From positions 1 through 64,000 of the IMG/VR virus record IMGVR_UViG_3300032229_000588: a stretch of DNA of 64,000 bases; one strand, 5' to 3'. Below are positions 19,861 through 30,189 of this stretch, piece by piece (positions within the stretch are counted from its first letter, which is position 1; each line of letters opens with the position of its first letter). This DNA is from a virus. The notes below the pieces were generated by a model. That model worked only from the letters and a program-made list of their open reading frames with translations, was not told where the DNA came from and searched no databases. A program made the position numbers and the translations under genes.

Positions 19861-22800
19861 TTAAATATTCTCAAACGAAGCTCCTGTTGGAGTGATGAAG
19901 AATTCGATATCGATGAATTCTAACGCCTTCGTAGGTTTTAAGTAGATTTTACCTGTTAATGTATTTCTATCTAAGTCTTCAGGTGAAGATGATACAGTTA
20001 CACGGAAATCGTATAAACCTCTGTCTCTTCTGATTGAATCTAAGATAGGGTTAACACTATCCAAGAATTGTTGTCTAACAATTTGGTCGTTTTGTTCGAA
20101 CAATAATCTTACAGCTACTGCGGAAATCAACTTACGAGCCTGAAGTAATAATCTTCTTACGTTCAATCTGTTAAGTGCTGTGTCAGCAACTTGTAATGTT
20201 TTATTACCCCAAATTACAGTTCCAACATCAGAGAAAGTTGCGATAGGGTTAATTCTACCTTGATACAATGTATCTCTATCTGTTTGTGTAAGTTTTTGTC
20301 TAGCTTTGATTGAATTAACAAGACCTCTTGTGTAACCCGCTGATGCGAACCATGGGAATGAAATGTTATCGGTCAATGCCAAGTTTCTACAAACTTCACC
20401 TGTTGGTGGTAAATAGATTTGTGTGTTATTAACAGTATCACGAACTAAAATCCAAGGATAGTAAGTCGCTGTGTAGTTAGAGTCAATTCCTGTATTATCC
20501 AAGTTGTCAACCGCTTCCTGTGAGTAGATAACATCTAAAGAGTTAGTTGAGTCTGGTGTATACATTCTATAGTCAGGTGTTGTTGCAATATAAACAGAAT
20601 CAGCTCTTGAGTATTGAACCATATCAATTGCTTCCTCAACTAGGTTTGAGTTGTTTACATAGTCAATACTCGCAGTTGCAAATACATTTATATTTGTAGC
20701 TTCAGGGTTTGCAAATGTTAAGATACCAAGTAAGTATGCGTAGTAGTCAGTGTTTGCAAAATCCTGAGTATTGTTTTGAACAACAATTCTCTTAAACATA
20801 CCGTCACCTGTTGCAGTTGGGTATCTTGATGAAGGATATGCTCCAGCCAAATAACCTGATGCCCCTAATTGGAATCTATCTTCGTTAGTTCTCCACTCTC
20901 TGTAGATATCCCAACCATCAAATCCACCTGCAAAACATACTGTATATTTTCTTGAGTAGATGAAGTAGTATGGGTTTTCTTGAGTTTCAGGGTCATTTCT
21001 AAAATCCGCAGTACCACATTCAAATGCTGTTTGTCCACTTGACATTGAAGTATTTGAAATAGTTACAACAGTCGCTCCTGAGTCCATGTGGAAACCTTTA
21101 CTTAATACATTCCATTTAATTGAATCTGTTGCAGTTTCCCAACCTGTTTGTGGGTTTTGTTTTCCTTTATAAGTTAAGAATGATTCATCAATACCATATT
21201 GAGTTGAGAAACCTAAATACGCTCTTCTTACAATATCACCTGGAGACTCAATAGAATTTGAACCTCCTGTTGCAGTACCAAATGGTGGATTAGCAATAAC
21301 TTCACCAGGGTAGTCATATTTTGTTTTGTATTTAGGGTAAGGTGATGGATATACCGCAACATCTTCATATTCTCTTTGTGTATATCCGTAGAATCCACAA
21401 GGAATTGCGTCGATTGGTGCCTCATCCGCCATCTCAACCATTATATACTTTGAAATTAATGCGAATTCACCGTTAGATGAACCTATCTTTTTAGCGATGA
21501 AATTATTTGATGCTGGGTCCAAATTACAATTTGTGAATTTTTCAATTACAACAGGATTAGCATCAGTATCAAAGAAATTTCTAACCAATACATCAAACGA
21601 CATATTGTTAAATGATAAGTTTGCGATTGAAACTTTAATTTCAGTGTTTGCAGAATCACCGTCAGAAATTGAAATAAATTTAAATAAGTTATAAACTTTA
21701 TTACCTCTTAATTCAGAAACTAAGAATGGTGTTTCAGGTGATTGATATTTTTCTAAATTCCATGCGATTGATTGACTTGACTGACTTCTTGCATCAGGTA
21801 GTGCAATTAATTGAGAATTTAAACCTCTGATGTAACCTTGATTATAAGCATAATTTAAACTTCCTTGGTAAACCTCCTCAACAAAAATCGGAACTTCAAA
21901 TCTTGATTTTCCGAAATTATCAACACCTAAAACTTTAGTTAAGTATTTTGACGATGATGCCAACAATGAAGTCTCAAATGAGAATGTGTCATTATCTCTA
22001 GTAATACCTGATAGTAAGAAAGTTGCGAATGGTGAATCTGTAATACCTGAGTATTGACCAGTACTTATAAGTTGTAAATCTGTAAGACCACTTACTTGAT
22101 AAACAGGTCCGTGATTTTCACTTGTTGAACTATTACTATATAATGAAATACCTCTTGAACGAAGTGTTCCAACAACCATGTTATTAAACTCAGTATAAGC
22201 AGTACCTGTGAAAGTATAAGATTCACCTGTAATTACACCTGTAAATACACCTGTTCCACCTGTACTTAAACTACTTACAGAATAATAGAAAGAATAACCT
22301 GTATATGCATTTCCACTTGAGATGTCAAAGTTTGCGTAAAACCATGGGTCATTTGATGAAGATGATAAATCATTATCATTAAATGTGTTAACACAATTGT
22401 ATGGGTCAGTAACCGCATTGTATGTTGCAACTAAAGTATCGTAATCTGCGTTTGGTATTGCACCGTAAACAACTGAAGTAGTTGCCGATAATGATGGTGT
22501 ATCTAATATATTACCTAAAGTCGTATTGAAATCAGATTGTAGTGTAGATGTAGAACCATCACTTAATCTATATTGTGTATTCAAATTTACTTGCACTTGT
22601 GCAGGTAATTGACTAATATTAGTGAATGAGATAGTACTACCTGAAGAATATCCTGTAAATGTGGCACTAAAGGTAGTTGCGTTTGATGGGTTACCAATAG
22701 TCGTTGGGTCAACGTTGGCGATTAAGGATAAACTCCAAGATGGACCCGCATCATAACCCGACAAACCTAATACTCTCGTAACAAACAATTGGTTTGATTG

Positions 22801-23064
22801 TTGCAAGTATGATTTAGCAATGTATGCTGCCTCATATTTTGGGATTTGGGTGTTATAAAATTTAACGGGTTCGGTTCCGCCAAAGTAGGCTTGGAACTCG
22901 TCGTAGTTAGTTATGAATACTGGTTCGAACGCTGGACCTTTTAAAGTCTCACCAACAATACCTAATGTAGTTACCCCAACGCTCTGAGCTACAAATGATA
23001 AGTCGGTTTCAGATGTGTATACGCCTGGTGATACGAATACTTTTTGATTTACTTGTGTTGCCAT
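19861..23064 (-). CDS. Contractile tail sheath protein
   Basis: FVSPGVYTSETDLS, GETLKGPAFEPVFI, YTATYYPW, PWFASAGYTRG, INPIATF, WGNKTLQ, LNVRRLL, FEQND, LKPTKALEFIDIEF. Confidence 0.95.
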   Translation of the reverse strand: MATQVNQKVFVSPGVYTSETDLSFVAQSVGVTTLGIVGETLKGPAFEPVFITNYDEFQAYFGGTEPVKFYNTQIPKYEAAYIAKSYLQQSNQLFVTRVLGLSGYDAGPSWSLSLIANVDPTTIGNPSNATTFSATFTGYSSGSTISFTNISQLPAQVQVNLNTQYRLSDGSTSTLQSDFNTTLGNILDTPSLSATTSVVYGAIPNADYDTLVATYNAVTDPYNCVNTFNDNDLSSSSNDPWFYANFDISSGNAYTGYSFYYSVSSLSTGGTGVFTGVITGESYTFTGTAYTEFNNMVVGTLRSRGISLYSNSSTSENHGPVYQVSGLTDLQLISTGQYSGITDSPFATFLLSGITRDNDTFSFETSLLASSSKYLTKVLGVDNFGKSRFEVPIFVEEVYQGSLNYAYNQGYIRGLNSQLIALPDARSQSSQSIAWNLEKYQSPETPFLVSELRGNKVYNLFKFISISDGDSANTEIKVSIANLSFNNMSFDVLVRNFFDTDANPVVIEKFTNCNLDPASNNFIAKKIGSSNGEFALISKYIMVEMADEAPIDAIPCGFYGYTQREYEDVAVYPSPYPKYKTKYDYPGEVIANPPFGTATGGSNSIESPGDIVRRAYLGFSTQYGIDESFLTYKGKQNPQTGWETATDSIKWNVLSKGFHMDSGATVVTISNTSMSSGQTAFECGTADFRNDPETQENPYYFIYSRKYTVCFAGGFDGWDIYREWRTNEDRFQLGASGYLAGAYPSSRYPTATGDGMFKRIVVQNNTQDFANTDYYAYLLGILTFANPEATNINVFATASIDYVNNSNLVEEAIDMVQYSRADSVYIATTPDYRMYTPDSTNSLDVIYSQEAVDNLDNTGIDSNYTATYYPWILVRDTVNNTQIYLPPTGEVCRNLALTDNISFPWFASAGYTRGLVNSIKARQKLTQTDRDTLYQGRINPIATFSDVGTVIWGNKTLQVADTALNRLNVRRLLLQARKLISAVAVRLLFEQNDQIVRQQFLDSVNPILDSIRRDRGLYDFRVTVSSSPEDLDRNTLTGKIYLKPTKALEFIDIEFFITPTGASFENI

Positions 23065-23184
23065 TATTAAATTATTCTGTTACAGATTTATTTTATTGAT
23101 AAATATTAGAGATTTTACGAAAAAACTTTACTTTTGGATAAGTATTTATAAACGGTATGAATTAATTCTACCTTTTTTCTACCT

Positions 23185-23346
23185 ATGAAAATCAAGAAAG
23201 AAATAAAGAACATTAAAATATCCCCTGAATCACATGATATCCTAAAAAAGTATTGTGATAAGCGTGGAATAAAGATTTATAAGTTTTTGGAAAATTTGAT
23301 TTTTGAAAACTGTAAAGAAAAGAAAGATATCTATGGGGAAGATTAA
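23185..23346 (+). CDS. Ribbon-helix-helix (CopG/Arc-like) DNA-binding protein
   Basis: Not in the ORF track. 53 aa: MKIKKEIKNIKISPESHDILKKYCDKRGIKIYKFLENLIFENCKEKKDIYGED, a beta-strand followed by helix-G-helix. Preceded by TATTTATA (23143-23150). Confidence 0.7.
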   Translation: MKIKKEIKNIKISPESHDILKKYCDKRGIKIYKFLENLIFENCKEKKDIYGED

Positions 23347-24386
23347 ACTAATTTGTTTTCGTATTTCACAACTGCTTCTTGAGTATTGTCATTTTTTGTA
23401 ACTTCGATTCGTAATACATCGTTTGTGGTAATTTCAATTCTTTGTAAATCACTACCATAATAATCACCATTAATATAGACATCAAACGTATCAACATTAT
23501 CAGTTGATATTAAACTCATATTCGCAGTAAAATCAATTATATCGGTTAAAATCGTGTTACCTGAAACAAATAAAAACGGCATTTCAAATTCATCAGGATT
23601 TTCAGGAAATTTGTTTCTTCTTTGTTTTCTTGTTGAAGTATCAAGTTCAATAAGTTGGGTAACCCTTTGAATTGCAGGTTTTACTTCAAACTCTTCTTCA
23701 TCAATTAGGTAACCTAACATGGTAAAGTCATAACTTTGAACATAATACTTTCTTGAATCCATATTCAATTGAGATTCATCAGAAACATTATTTAATATAA
23801 TTGGGACATATTGACCTTTAATAAAGGTGTAAGCTTGTCTTGATGAAAAAGTTTGCATTACAATTTTATTTAATTGGTTCAACTCTCTCATTCTGTTGCA
23901 AATAATTTTAACTTGATAGTTGATGTCAACAGGTACAGGTTGTGGAATTGTGTAAATGTCCATTCCTTGTTCGTTTCCATTCCAAGTCGGAACAGAAGCA
24001 TAATAAAATTGTTTTCTGTTTGGTATTGTATATTGAAGTGATGGGTTGCTACCATACTTAACTTCAGGCGTTCTAACTACTGTAATAAATGGTGGGGATG
24101 CGTTATAATCTAAATCCACAAATTGCCATGTCTCCAAGTATTGAGTCCAATTTTGAGTTGTAATGATAATATCTAATAAAGGGACAACTTTACCTGCAGT
24201 TACAACTTCAAGGTCTGTTTTAACAAAATCAAGCATACCTCTATCCAAGTCGGCATGTAAAACTGACTTAGGTAAATAAGTTCCATCCTCTTTAATATAT
24301 TCTAAAAGTTGTTCTCTTCTTTCAGACAAAACTTTTTTTGGTACTAAAGGTAAGGTAGGTTTGACTATTGTTCTTGGTAGCGGCAT
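23343..24386 (-). CDS. Tail completion/terminator protein (T4 gp15-like)
   Basis: PQPVPVDINYQVKIICNRMRELNQL...YYVQSYDFTMLGYL; upstream of sheath. Confidence 0.65.
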   Translation of the reverse strand: MPLPRTIVKPTLPLVPKKVLSERREQLLEYIKEDGTYLPKSVLHADLDRGMLDFVKTDLEVVTAGKVVPLLDIIITTQNWTQYLETWQFVDLDYNASPPFITVVRTPEVKYGSNPSLQYTIPNRKQFYYASVPTWNGNEQGMDIYTIPQPVPVDINYQVKIICNRMRELNQLNKIVMQTFSSRQAYTFIKGQYVPIILNNVSDESQLNMDSRKYYVQSYDFTMLGYLIDEEEFEVKPAIQRVTQLIELDTSTRKQRRNKFPENPDEFEMPFLFVSGNTILTDIIDFTANMSLISTDNVDTFDVYINGDYYGSDLQRIEITTNDVLRIEVTKNDNTQEAVVKYENKLV

Positions 24387-24799
24387 TATTCTTTTGTTAC
24401 AAATATTTTATCTCTTAAGTTGGCAAGCACTACTTCTTTAGCCGAGTATATTGGTTCACTTGTTGATTTATATATAAATGAATCATATTCATTGGGATAG
24501 TAAGTTACCGTAATATTTGAATTTGGGTTTGGTATGTCATCACAAGGATATTCACAATAATCCATTAATGTTCCAATTACAAATGCGTGAACATTTTTTT
24601 GTTTCTCTCTTTTAACCCTTTCATTTCCACCCTTTCTCACTCTAAATTCAACATCATCTAATTTAACATAGTCGGCATGCATAATTACTTTACTCTTATA
24701 TGTTATGGAGAATGTGTGTTTGTGTAAGTTGTAATATACCATTACTTTTTTACCCAAAAATAAATTATCGAATTGTGATTCTGTTATTATTACTTGCAT
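24386..24799 (-). CDS. Conserved phage protein of unknown function
   Basis: VYYNLHKHTFS...VEFRVRKGGNERVKREKQKNVHAFVIG, a pattern I recall from phage hypotheticals; N-terminal IITESQ leader. Confidence 0.65.
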   Translation of the reverse strand: MQVIITESQFDNLFLGKKVMVYYNLHKHTFSITYKSKVIMHADYVKLDDVEFRVRKGGNERVKREKQKNVHAFVIGTLMDYCEYPCDDIPNPNSNITVTYYPNEYDSFIYKSTSEPIYSAKEVVLANLRDKIFVTKE

Positions 24800-25323
24800 T
24801 ATATTCCTCTAAATTCGTTTTCACTTACCCATGTTGCGGTAATTGTTCTATAGAACGGTTTGTACCCACCGTAAGTGTGTTTATTATCTGACTTAACATA
24901 TCCATCATCACTGACAACATAATATCTAACTCGGTCTTCACTTTCGTAATATCCAAAATAATCGCCCATCCATATCTCAACCCCTAAATCATCAAGAGTT
25001 TTTTGATAAACCGAAAACTTCATACTTCCTGGTTCTTGAATCTCAACTCTTGAATTACCATAGAACTTATTGGTTGGTGCCATAACTTGAACCAAACCTT
25101 TTATTTCTACAGGTGCCATGAATTGAACTCCGTCTTCAACTACTTCACCGTATACTGAATCCTTTTTGGTTTTGTAACGGTCAATACGATATAAAACCAC
25201 TGTAAAGTTCATATCACCTTCTAACCACTCTTGTCCCATCCCAACATCAAGGTCATAATCCTCACCTCCGAAGAACATACCCAATCTTGTAATTGGAACT
25301 AACTTTTCTGATGTCTTTTTCAT
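24799..25323 (-). CDS. Neck/head-closure protein (gp14-like)
   Basis: VVLYRIDRYKTKKDSVYGE...PVEIKGLV...GDYFGY; location next to the tail terminator. Confidence 0.6.
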   Translation of the reverse strand: MKKTSEKLVPITRLGMFFGGEDYDLDVGMGQEWLEGDMNFTVVLYRIDRYKTKKDSVYGEVVEDGVQFMAPVEIKGLVQVMAPTNKFYGNSRVEIQEPGSMKFSVYQKTLDDLGVEIWMGDYFGYYESEDRVRYYVVSDDGYVKSDNKHTYGGYKPFYRTITATWVSENEFRGI

Positions 25324-25379
25324 ATATTGATAAATACCTAAACTTTTACTATATTTAAGATAAAATTTACGAATATTAA

Positions 25380-27134
25380 ATGAGTGATGTTAGTTTAGAG
25401 TCAAAAGCGATGACGATACTTGAATCTTATGAAGGATTCAATAACTATATCTTGGAATTAAAACGCAAATCACAAATCAATAAAAAGTTTTATCCGACAC
25501 GAAGTCAATCAGAATACATTATTAATTTCCACGACCAAAAACCAAAGGTTGCTAAGAAGTGGGTTATCCTTGACGCATACTTCGCTCAAAAATTAGCCGA
25601 TGATAAATTGTATACTGAAATACCACAGAAAGTGTGGGTGGAGAAGTTATTGGCGGATAAAGAAAAGGCATATCACATTTGGGGTAGGATTTTAGAAACT
25701 GAAGAATTACACGATTTTTGGTTACCGAAAGCGGCAATCATTAAGGATAATTCAGTCAAAGACGTGGTAATTGATTATTCAAAGTATTCACACCGACCAC
25801 CACTTGAACACCAAAAAGAAGCAATCCAAAAATTAGTTGAGAACAAAAAGTTTATCCTTGCCGATGACATGGGTCTTGGTAAAACAACTTCAACAATTAT
25901 TGCGGCATTAGAATCAGGTTCAAAAAAAGTATTAATTATTTGTCCTGCAACATTAAAGATTAACTGGAAACGTGAGATTGAAAACTATTCAGACAAATCA
26001 ATTTATATCGCTGAAAGTAAAAACTTTAGTACCGAAGCAGATTTTGTAATTATAAACTACGACATAATAAAAAATTTCCATGACACTAAAAAGAAAGATG
26101 ACTCTCAAGTTCTTGCTGCCAATTTTGATTTGGTCATTGTCGATGAAGCACACTATATCAAAAATGCTACGGCTCAAAGAACGAAACTAATTAACGACAT
26201 CGTTAAAAAAACTGAACGACTTTGGTTGTTGACGGGGACACCGATGACATCAAGACCAATAGATTATTTCAACTTATTAAGTATTATTGATTCTCCTGTG
26301 GCAAAGAATTGGATGGCTTACGCAATCCGTTATTGTTCAGGGTACCAATTCAAAGTTGGAAATAGAAAAGTTTGGAACGTAACAGGAGCATCTAACTTGG
26401 AGGAATTAAGAGACCGAACTGTTGGTCTTACATTAAGAAGACTAAAAGAAAACGTACTTGACTTACCTGACAAGATTATCACACCAGTATATTTAAGATT
26501 GAAGTCGAAAGAATATGAAAATGTAATGGGTGAGTATTACGATTGGTACGACAAGAACCCTGAAGAATCAAAATCACTTACAGTTCAGTTCACTAAACTT
26601 ACAAAAGTTCGACAAATCATAGCCGATGAAAAAATTAAGCAAACTATTGAACTCGCTGAAAACATTCTTGAACAAGACAAGAAAGTTATTATTTTCTGTA
26701 ATTTCACTGATTCCTTAAATAAAATTACAGAACACTTTGGTAAGTCGGCAGTTAAACTTGATGGTTCTATGTCAAAACCTGAAAGACAAAACTCAGTTGA
26801 CCAATTCCAAGACAACCCCAAGGTTAAAGTATTTGTGGGTAACATCAAAGCGGCTGGTGTAGGTATTACACTAACCGCAGCTGAAGCTGTTATTATGAAT
26901 GACTTATCATTCCTTCCATCTGACCACGCACAGGCTGAAGACCGAGCTTATCGTTATGGACAAAAAAATAATGTTTTGGTTTATTACCCAATATTCGAAA
27001 ACACAATTGAAGGTATCATCTACGATATCTTAAATAACAAAAAACAAGTTATTGCGACGGTCATGGGAGACAACCAACACCCCGCAGATATGGCAGAAGA
27101 AATACTACAAAGAATCAACGAACTGCGACATTAA
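25380..27134 (+). CDS. SNF2-family helicase/ATPase (HARP/SMARCAL1-like)
   Basis: ILADDMGLGKT, DEAH, LTGTP, AAGVGITLTAA, QAEDRAYRYGQ. Confidence 0.92.
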   Translation: MSDVSLESKAMTILESYEGFNNYILELKRKSQINKKFYPTRSQSEYIINFHDQKPKVAKKWVILDAYFAQKLADDKLYTEIPQKVWVEKLLADKEKAYHIWGRILETEELHDFWLPKAAIIKDNSVKDVVIDYSKYSHRPPLEHQKEAIQKLVENKKFILADDMGLGKTTSTIIAALESGSKKVLIICPATLKINWKREIENYSDKSIYIAESKNFSTEADFVIINYDIIKNFHDTKKKDDSQVLAANFDLVIVDEAHYIKNATAQRTKLINDIVKKTERLWLLTGTPMTSRPIDYFNLLSIIDSPVAKNWMAYAIRYCSGYQFKVGNRKVWNVTGASNLEELRDRTVGLTLRRLKENVLDLPDKIITPVYLRLKSKEYENVMGEYYDWYDKNPEESKSLTVQFTKLTKVRQIIADEKIKQTIELAENILEQDKKVIIFCNFTDSLNKITEHFGKSAVKLDGSMSKPERQNSVDQFQDNPKVKVFVGNIKAAGVGITLTAAEAVIMNDLSFLPSDHAQAEDRAYRYGQKNNVLVYYPIFENTIEGIIYDILNNKKQVIATVMGDNQHPADMAEEILQRINELRH

Positions 27135-27175
27135 CGAACTACGGATTATTTATATACAACGGATAATCCAAAACT

Positions 27176-28705
27176 ATGAAAAAAACAGAAGCGAAAATCC
27201 AACAACTAGAGTTACAGATACTTGAAAATCACGTAACCAAAGAAAAAGAGTTGTTGATTACAGAAATGAAGAAAATCGGAATAGAAAAACTACCTTATTC
27301 CTACTCAGCCCTCAAACAGTTTATTGACCCTGAAACCATGAGTTTTCACTACAATAAACACTACAAAGGGTATGTCGATAAACTAAACGACGCATTATCA
27401 AAGAAAAAATACGGGGATTTAGATTTAGAAAAAATCATCAAAACAATCAGTCGTTTTGATAAAACAATTCGAAACAACGCAGGTGGAGCATTTAATCACG
27501 CTTTGTTTTGGAACATGTTAACTCCCGAACCCAAAAAACTTACTGGTGAACTTTACAAAAAGATTACAAAACAGTGGGGGACATTTACAAACTTTAAAAA
27601 AGAATTTGAAAAAGTTGCCAAAGAAAGATTTGGTTCAGGTTGGGTGTGGTTAGTTTTGACATCTCGAAACACCTTGAAAATTATGTCGACCCCAAACCAA
27701 GACAATCCATTAATGAATGTGATTGAAGGTGGGGGATTTCCGTTATTAGGTTTGGACCTATGGGAACATGCATACTATTTGAAGTATAGAAACAAAAGAG
27801 ATGAATATATTTTAAACTTTTGGAAAGTTGTGAATTGGGACTTTGTTACTAAAATGTATGAAATGAAAATTGAAACTAAATTATTAGAGTCGACAAAGAT
27901 GAAACAAGTTATTAGTGAAGGTAAATCTGAAATGTGTTCCAAGTCTGAAACAGAATTTTACAGAATGTTATTCAATGTAAACCAAGAAGTTAAATGGACT
28001 TACATGAATGGTATTAATAGAATCCTTAGAGATGCGTTTAGTGAAAACTTTATTGAAAAACCTGACAACAATCAATTATCGGGTGTCTACGATTTAGAAG
28101 GTACTGGTAGGTCGGTGATTAATAAATTGAATACGAATTACACAACGTTCTGTATTTTATTGAGAGATTTGAATCAAGTCATCTCAAAGATTCCAAACAA
28201 ACAACCAATCAGTTTTACAGACAAAACTCCTGCAGAACAAAAGAAAGAAGTCGAAAGATTTATAAGTGCATTGAATTACTTTAAAGATAGAATCTTTGAT
28301 AAAGACAGTTCAACCCTTCACAACATATTAAGAGTCTTAACTGAAAAAGATAAGGCGGGTAGTAAAAGAGAAGAAATCACCGCATCAATTCTTAAAAGAT
28401 TTTTTGGTAAATCCGCCAAAGTTGAATTGGTTGGTGAGTTAGGAAATAAGAAAGACGCAATACAAGGTGTAGATTTAGAAATAATTAAAGACGGTAAGTT
28501 ATATACCGCTCAAGTTAAACCATTCAGAGAAATGAAAGAAACTGAAGATGGGATTTCTTTAGAGGGTACCGCAAGTGTTAAATTATATAAGACGGATTGG
28601 ATGGTATTCCAACGAGGTAAGAACGTTTTAGTGTTCGACCAAAAACCAAAAATAGTTGATGGTAATTTTCTTTTCCCGTCTGACTCACTTTTATATAACA
28701 TATAA
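27176..28705 (+). CDS. sodA: Mn/Fe superoxide dismutase fused to a C-terminal domain with a PD-(D/E)xK-like motif
   Basis: LPYSYSAL...HYNKHYKGY, NNAGGAFNHALFW, FGSGWVWL, NQDNP, DLWEHAYY; all metal ligands present, and GG plus NQD is the Mn-type signature. About 280 extra C-terminal residues include DAIQGVDLEII...TAQVK. Confidence 0.9.
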   Translation: MKKTEAKIQQLELQILENHVTKEKELLITEMKKIGIEKLPYSYSALKQFIDPETMSFHYNKHYKGYVDKLNDALSKKKYGDLDLEKIIKTISRFDKTIRNNAGGAFNHALFWNMLTPEPKKLTGELYKKITKQWGTFTNFKKEFEKVAKERFGSGWVWLVLTSRNTLKIMSTPNQDNPLMNVIEGGGFPLLGLDLWEHAYYLKYRNKRDEYILNFWKVVNWDFVTKMYEMKIETKLLESTKMKQVISEGKSEMCSKSETEFYRMLFNVNQEVKWTYMNGINRILRDAFSENFIEKPDNNQLSGVYDLEGTGRSVINKLNTNYTTFCILLRDLNQVISKIPNKQPISFTDKTPAEQKKEVERFISALNYFKDRIFDKDSSTLHNILRVLTEKDKAGSKREEITASILKRFFGKSAKVELVGELGNKKDAIQGVDLEIIKDGKLYTAQVKPFREMKETEDGISLEGTASVKLYKTDWMVFQRGKNVLVFDQKPKIVDGNFLFPSDSLLYNI

Positions 28706-28728
28706 TAAACTAAAAGATATTTATTAGC

Positions 28729-29850
28729 ATGTCAGTTATACCAGAACCAGAAAGGTCAAAAATTTATACAAGAGTAAAGCATCTCTTGGGAGCTCCATTA
28801 CGTAGTGTTGAAGTCACTGACGAAATGATGGATTCTTTAATGGAATTATCTATTCAGGATTACGAACAGTATATCTTGAATTGGTTGATTGATAGTCAGT
28901 GGGTTAACTTGGTTAATCTTAACATGACTGAGAAATCTGTTGCTCAAGCGTTAATCACAAGAACTATGGACTTTGAACAACAGTTCTCATATTCATATTC
29001 TAAAATTGTTGGTCTTCAGACACAAGGTCCTTGGGTCTTGAAAAAGGACTATATTGTTCTTGAAAGAGACAAACAAAACTATGAAATCCCTGCTGGTCGT
29101 GAAATCAATGAAGTGTTATGGTTTAGTAATCAACCATGGACCGCCTTTGGTATGGGTGGTATTGGTGGATTTGGTGGTGTAGGTCTTGGGGCTAAAGAAG
29201 CAGGATTTGCTCAAATGGGTTATCAAGGTTCTTACTTCATGATGTCAGGTTTTGATTATCTAATCAGAATGCAAGAGGCAAACATCTTAAATAGAATTTT
29301 AGGTGGTTCTTTAACTTATAGAATCACAGCATTACCTGACGGTAAAAAAGATTTACAACTATACAACGCACCTGGTAATAACTTTAACTGGAGTCAGTAT
29401 AGTAATTATGTTGGTAAAGCGGTATGGTATTGGTATTATGATGTAACACCTGATAGTAGAGCAGATTGTTTAAAGAACAATCCTGACGTAATTAAAATGC
29501 CAAACGAAGTTCCTTTAGAAGAAATGACTTGGACTGATTTAAATGTTCCTGCACAACAATGGGTAAGAAGATGGTTTACCGCTTATGTAAAAGAAACATT
29601 AGGTCGTGTTAGAGGAAAATATAGTGGTAATTTAAAAACTCCTGACTCGGAACTACAGATGGATTATACAAGTCTATTGACGGAAGGTAAGGATGAAAAA
29701 ACAAAATTAATTGAAGAACTTACAGGTGCTGAAGGATGGTTAACCAGATTAAGACCTGAAAAAGTTATGGAGAAAGAAGCATTACTTGCTGAAAACTTGA
29801 ATAAACAAATGAAGTTTAGAGCAATGCCTCGTCAAATATACGTAATATAA
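28729..29850 (+). CDS. Neck/head-tail adaptor protein (T4 gp13-like)
   Basis: LLGAPLRSVEVTDEM...WVRRWFTAYVKETLGRVRGKYSG...LLTEGKDEKTKLIEEL. Confidence 0.8.
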   Translation: MSVIPEPERSKIYTRVKHLLGAPLRSVEVTDEMMDSLMELSIQDYEQYILNWLIDSQWVNLVNLNMTEKSVAQALITRTMDFEQQFSYSYSKIVGLQTQGPWVLKKDYIVLERDKQNYEIPAGREINEVLWFSNQPWTAFGMGGIGGFGGVGLGAKEAGFAQMGYQGSYFMMSGFDYLIRMQEANILNRILGGSLTYRITALPDGKKDLQLYNAPGNNFNWSQYSNYVGKAVWYWYYDVTPDSRADCLKNNPDVIKMPNEVPLEEMTWTDLNVPAQQWVRRWFTAYVKETLGRVRGKYSGNLKTPDSELQMDYTSLLTEGKDEKTKLIEELTGAEGWLTRLRPEKVMEKEALLAENLNKQMKFRAMPRQIYVI

Positions 29851-29853
29851 TTT

Positions 29854-30189
29854 ATGGCAATTATTAGAACAATACCGTCCACAAGATTAATCAATGGTGA
29901 GATTCTTGAAACATCGGAAATTTCAATCGTATCTGAAAAAGAATACAGAACAAACGGTGAAGCGTGTGTTATTATTAGAAACGTACAAGAATCAACAGTA
30001 ATATTGGATTCAAAAACAACAGACCACGTTGTAGTTAAATCCATGACATTACTAACAATCAAACCAGATATCGGTAAAATTGATGAAGATTACGATGAAA
30101 TCGTTGCGGACAAATATTCTTGTATTGAGTTTAGATTCTGTGCAGGAAATTGGTATATCCTATCATCAGACGGTCTCAAGAATTCCTAA
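29854..30189 (+). CDS. Hypothetical beta-rich protein
   Basis: 111-aa ORF directly after the neck gene. Confidence 0.65.
   Translation: MAIIRTIPSTRLINGEILETSEISIVSEKEYRTNGEACVIIRNVQESTVILDSKTTDHVVVKSMTLLTIKPDIGKIDEDYDEIVADKYSCIEFRFCAGNWYILSSDGLKNS

Noticed and set aside
19861-23064. Bacterial contractile injection system (eCIS/T6SS) instead of a phage
   Set aside because: Neck proteins, PolB, SSB, RecA, dUTPase and PhoH in the same region indicate a phage genome.
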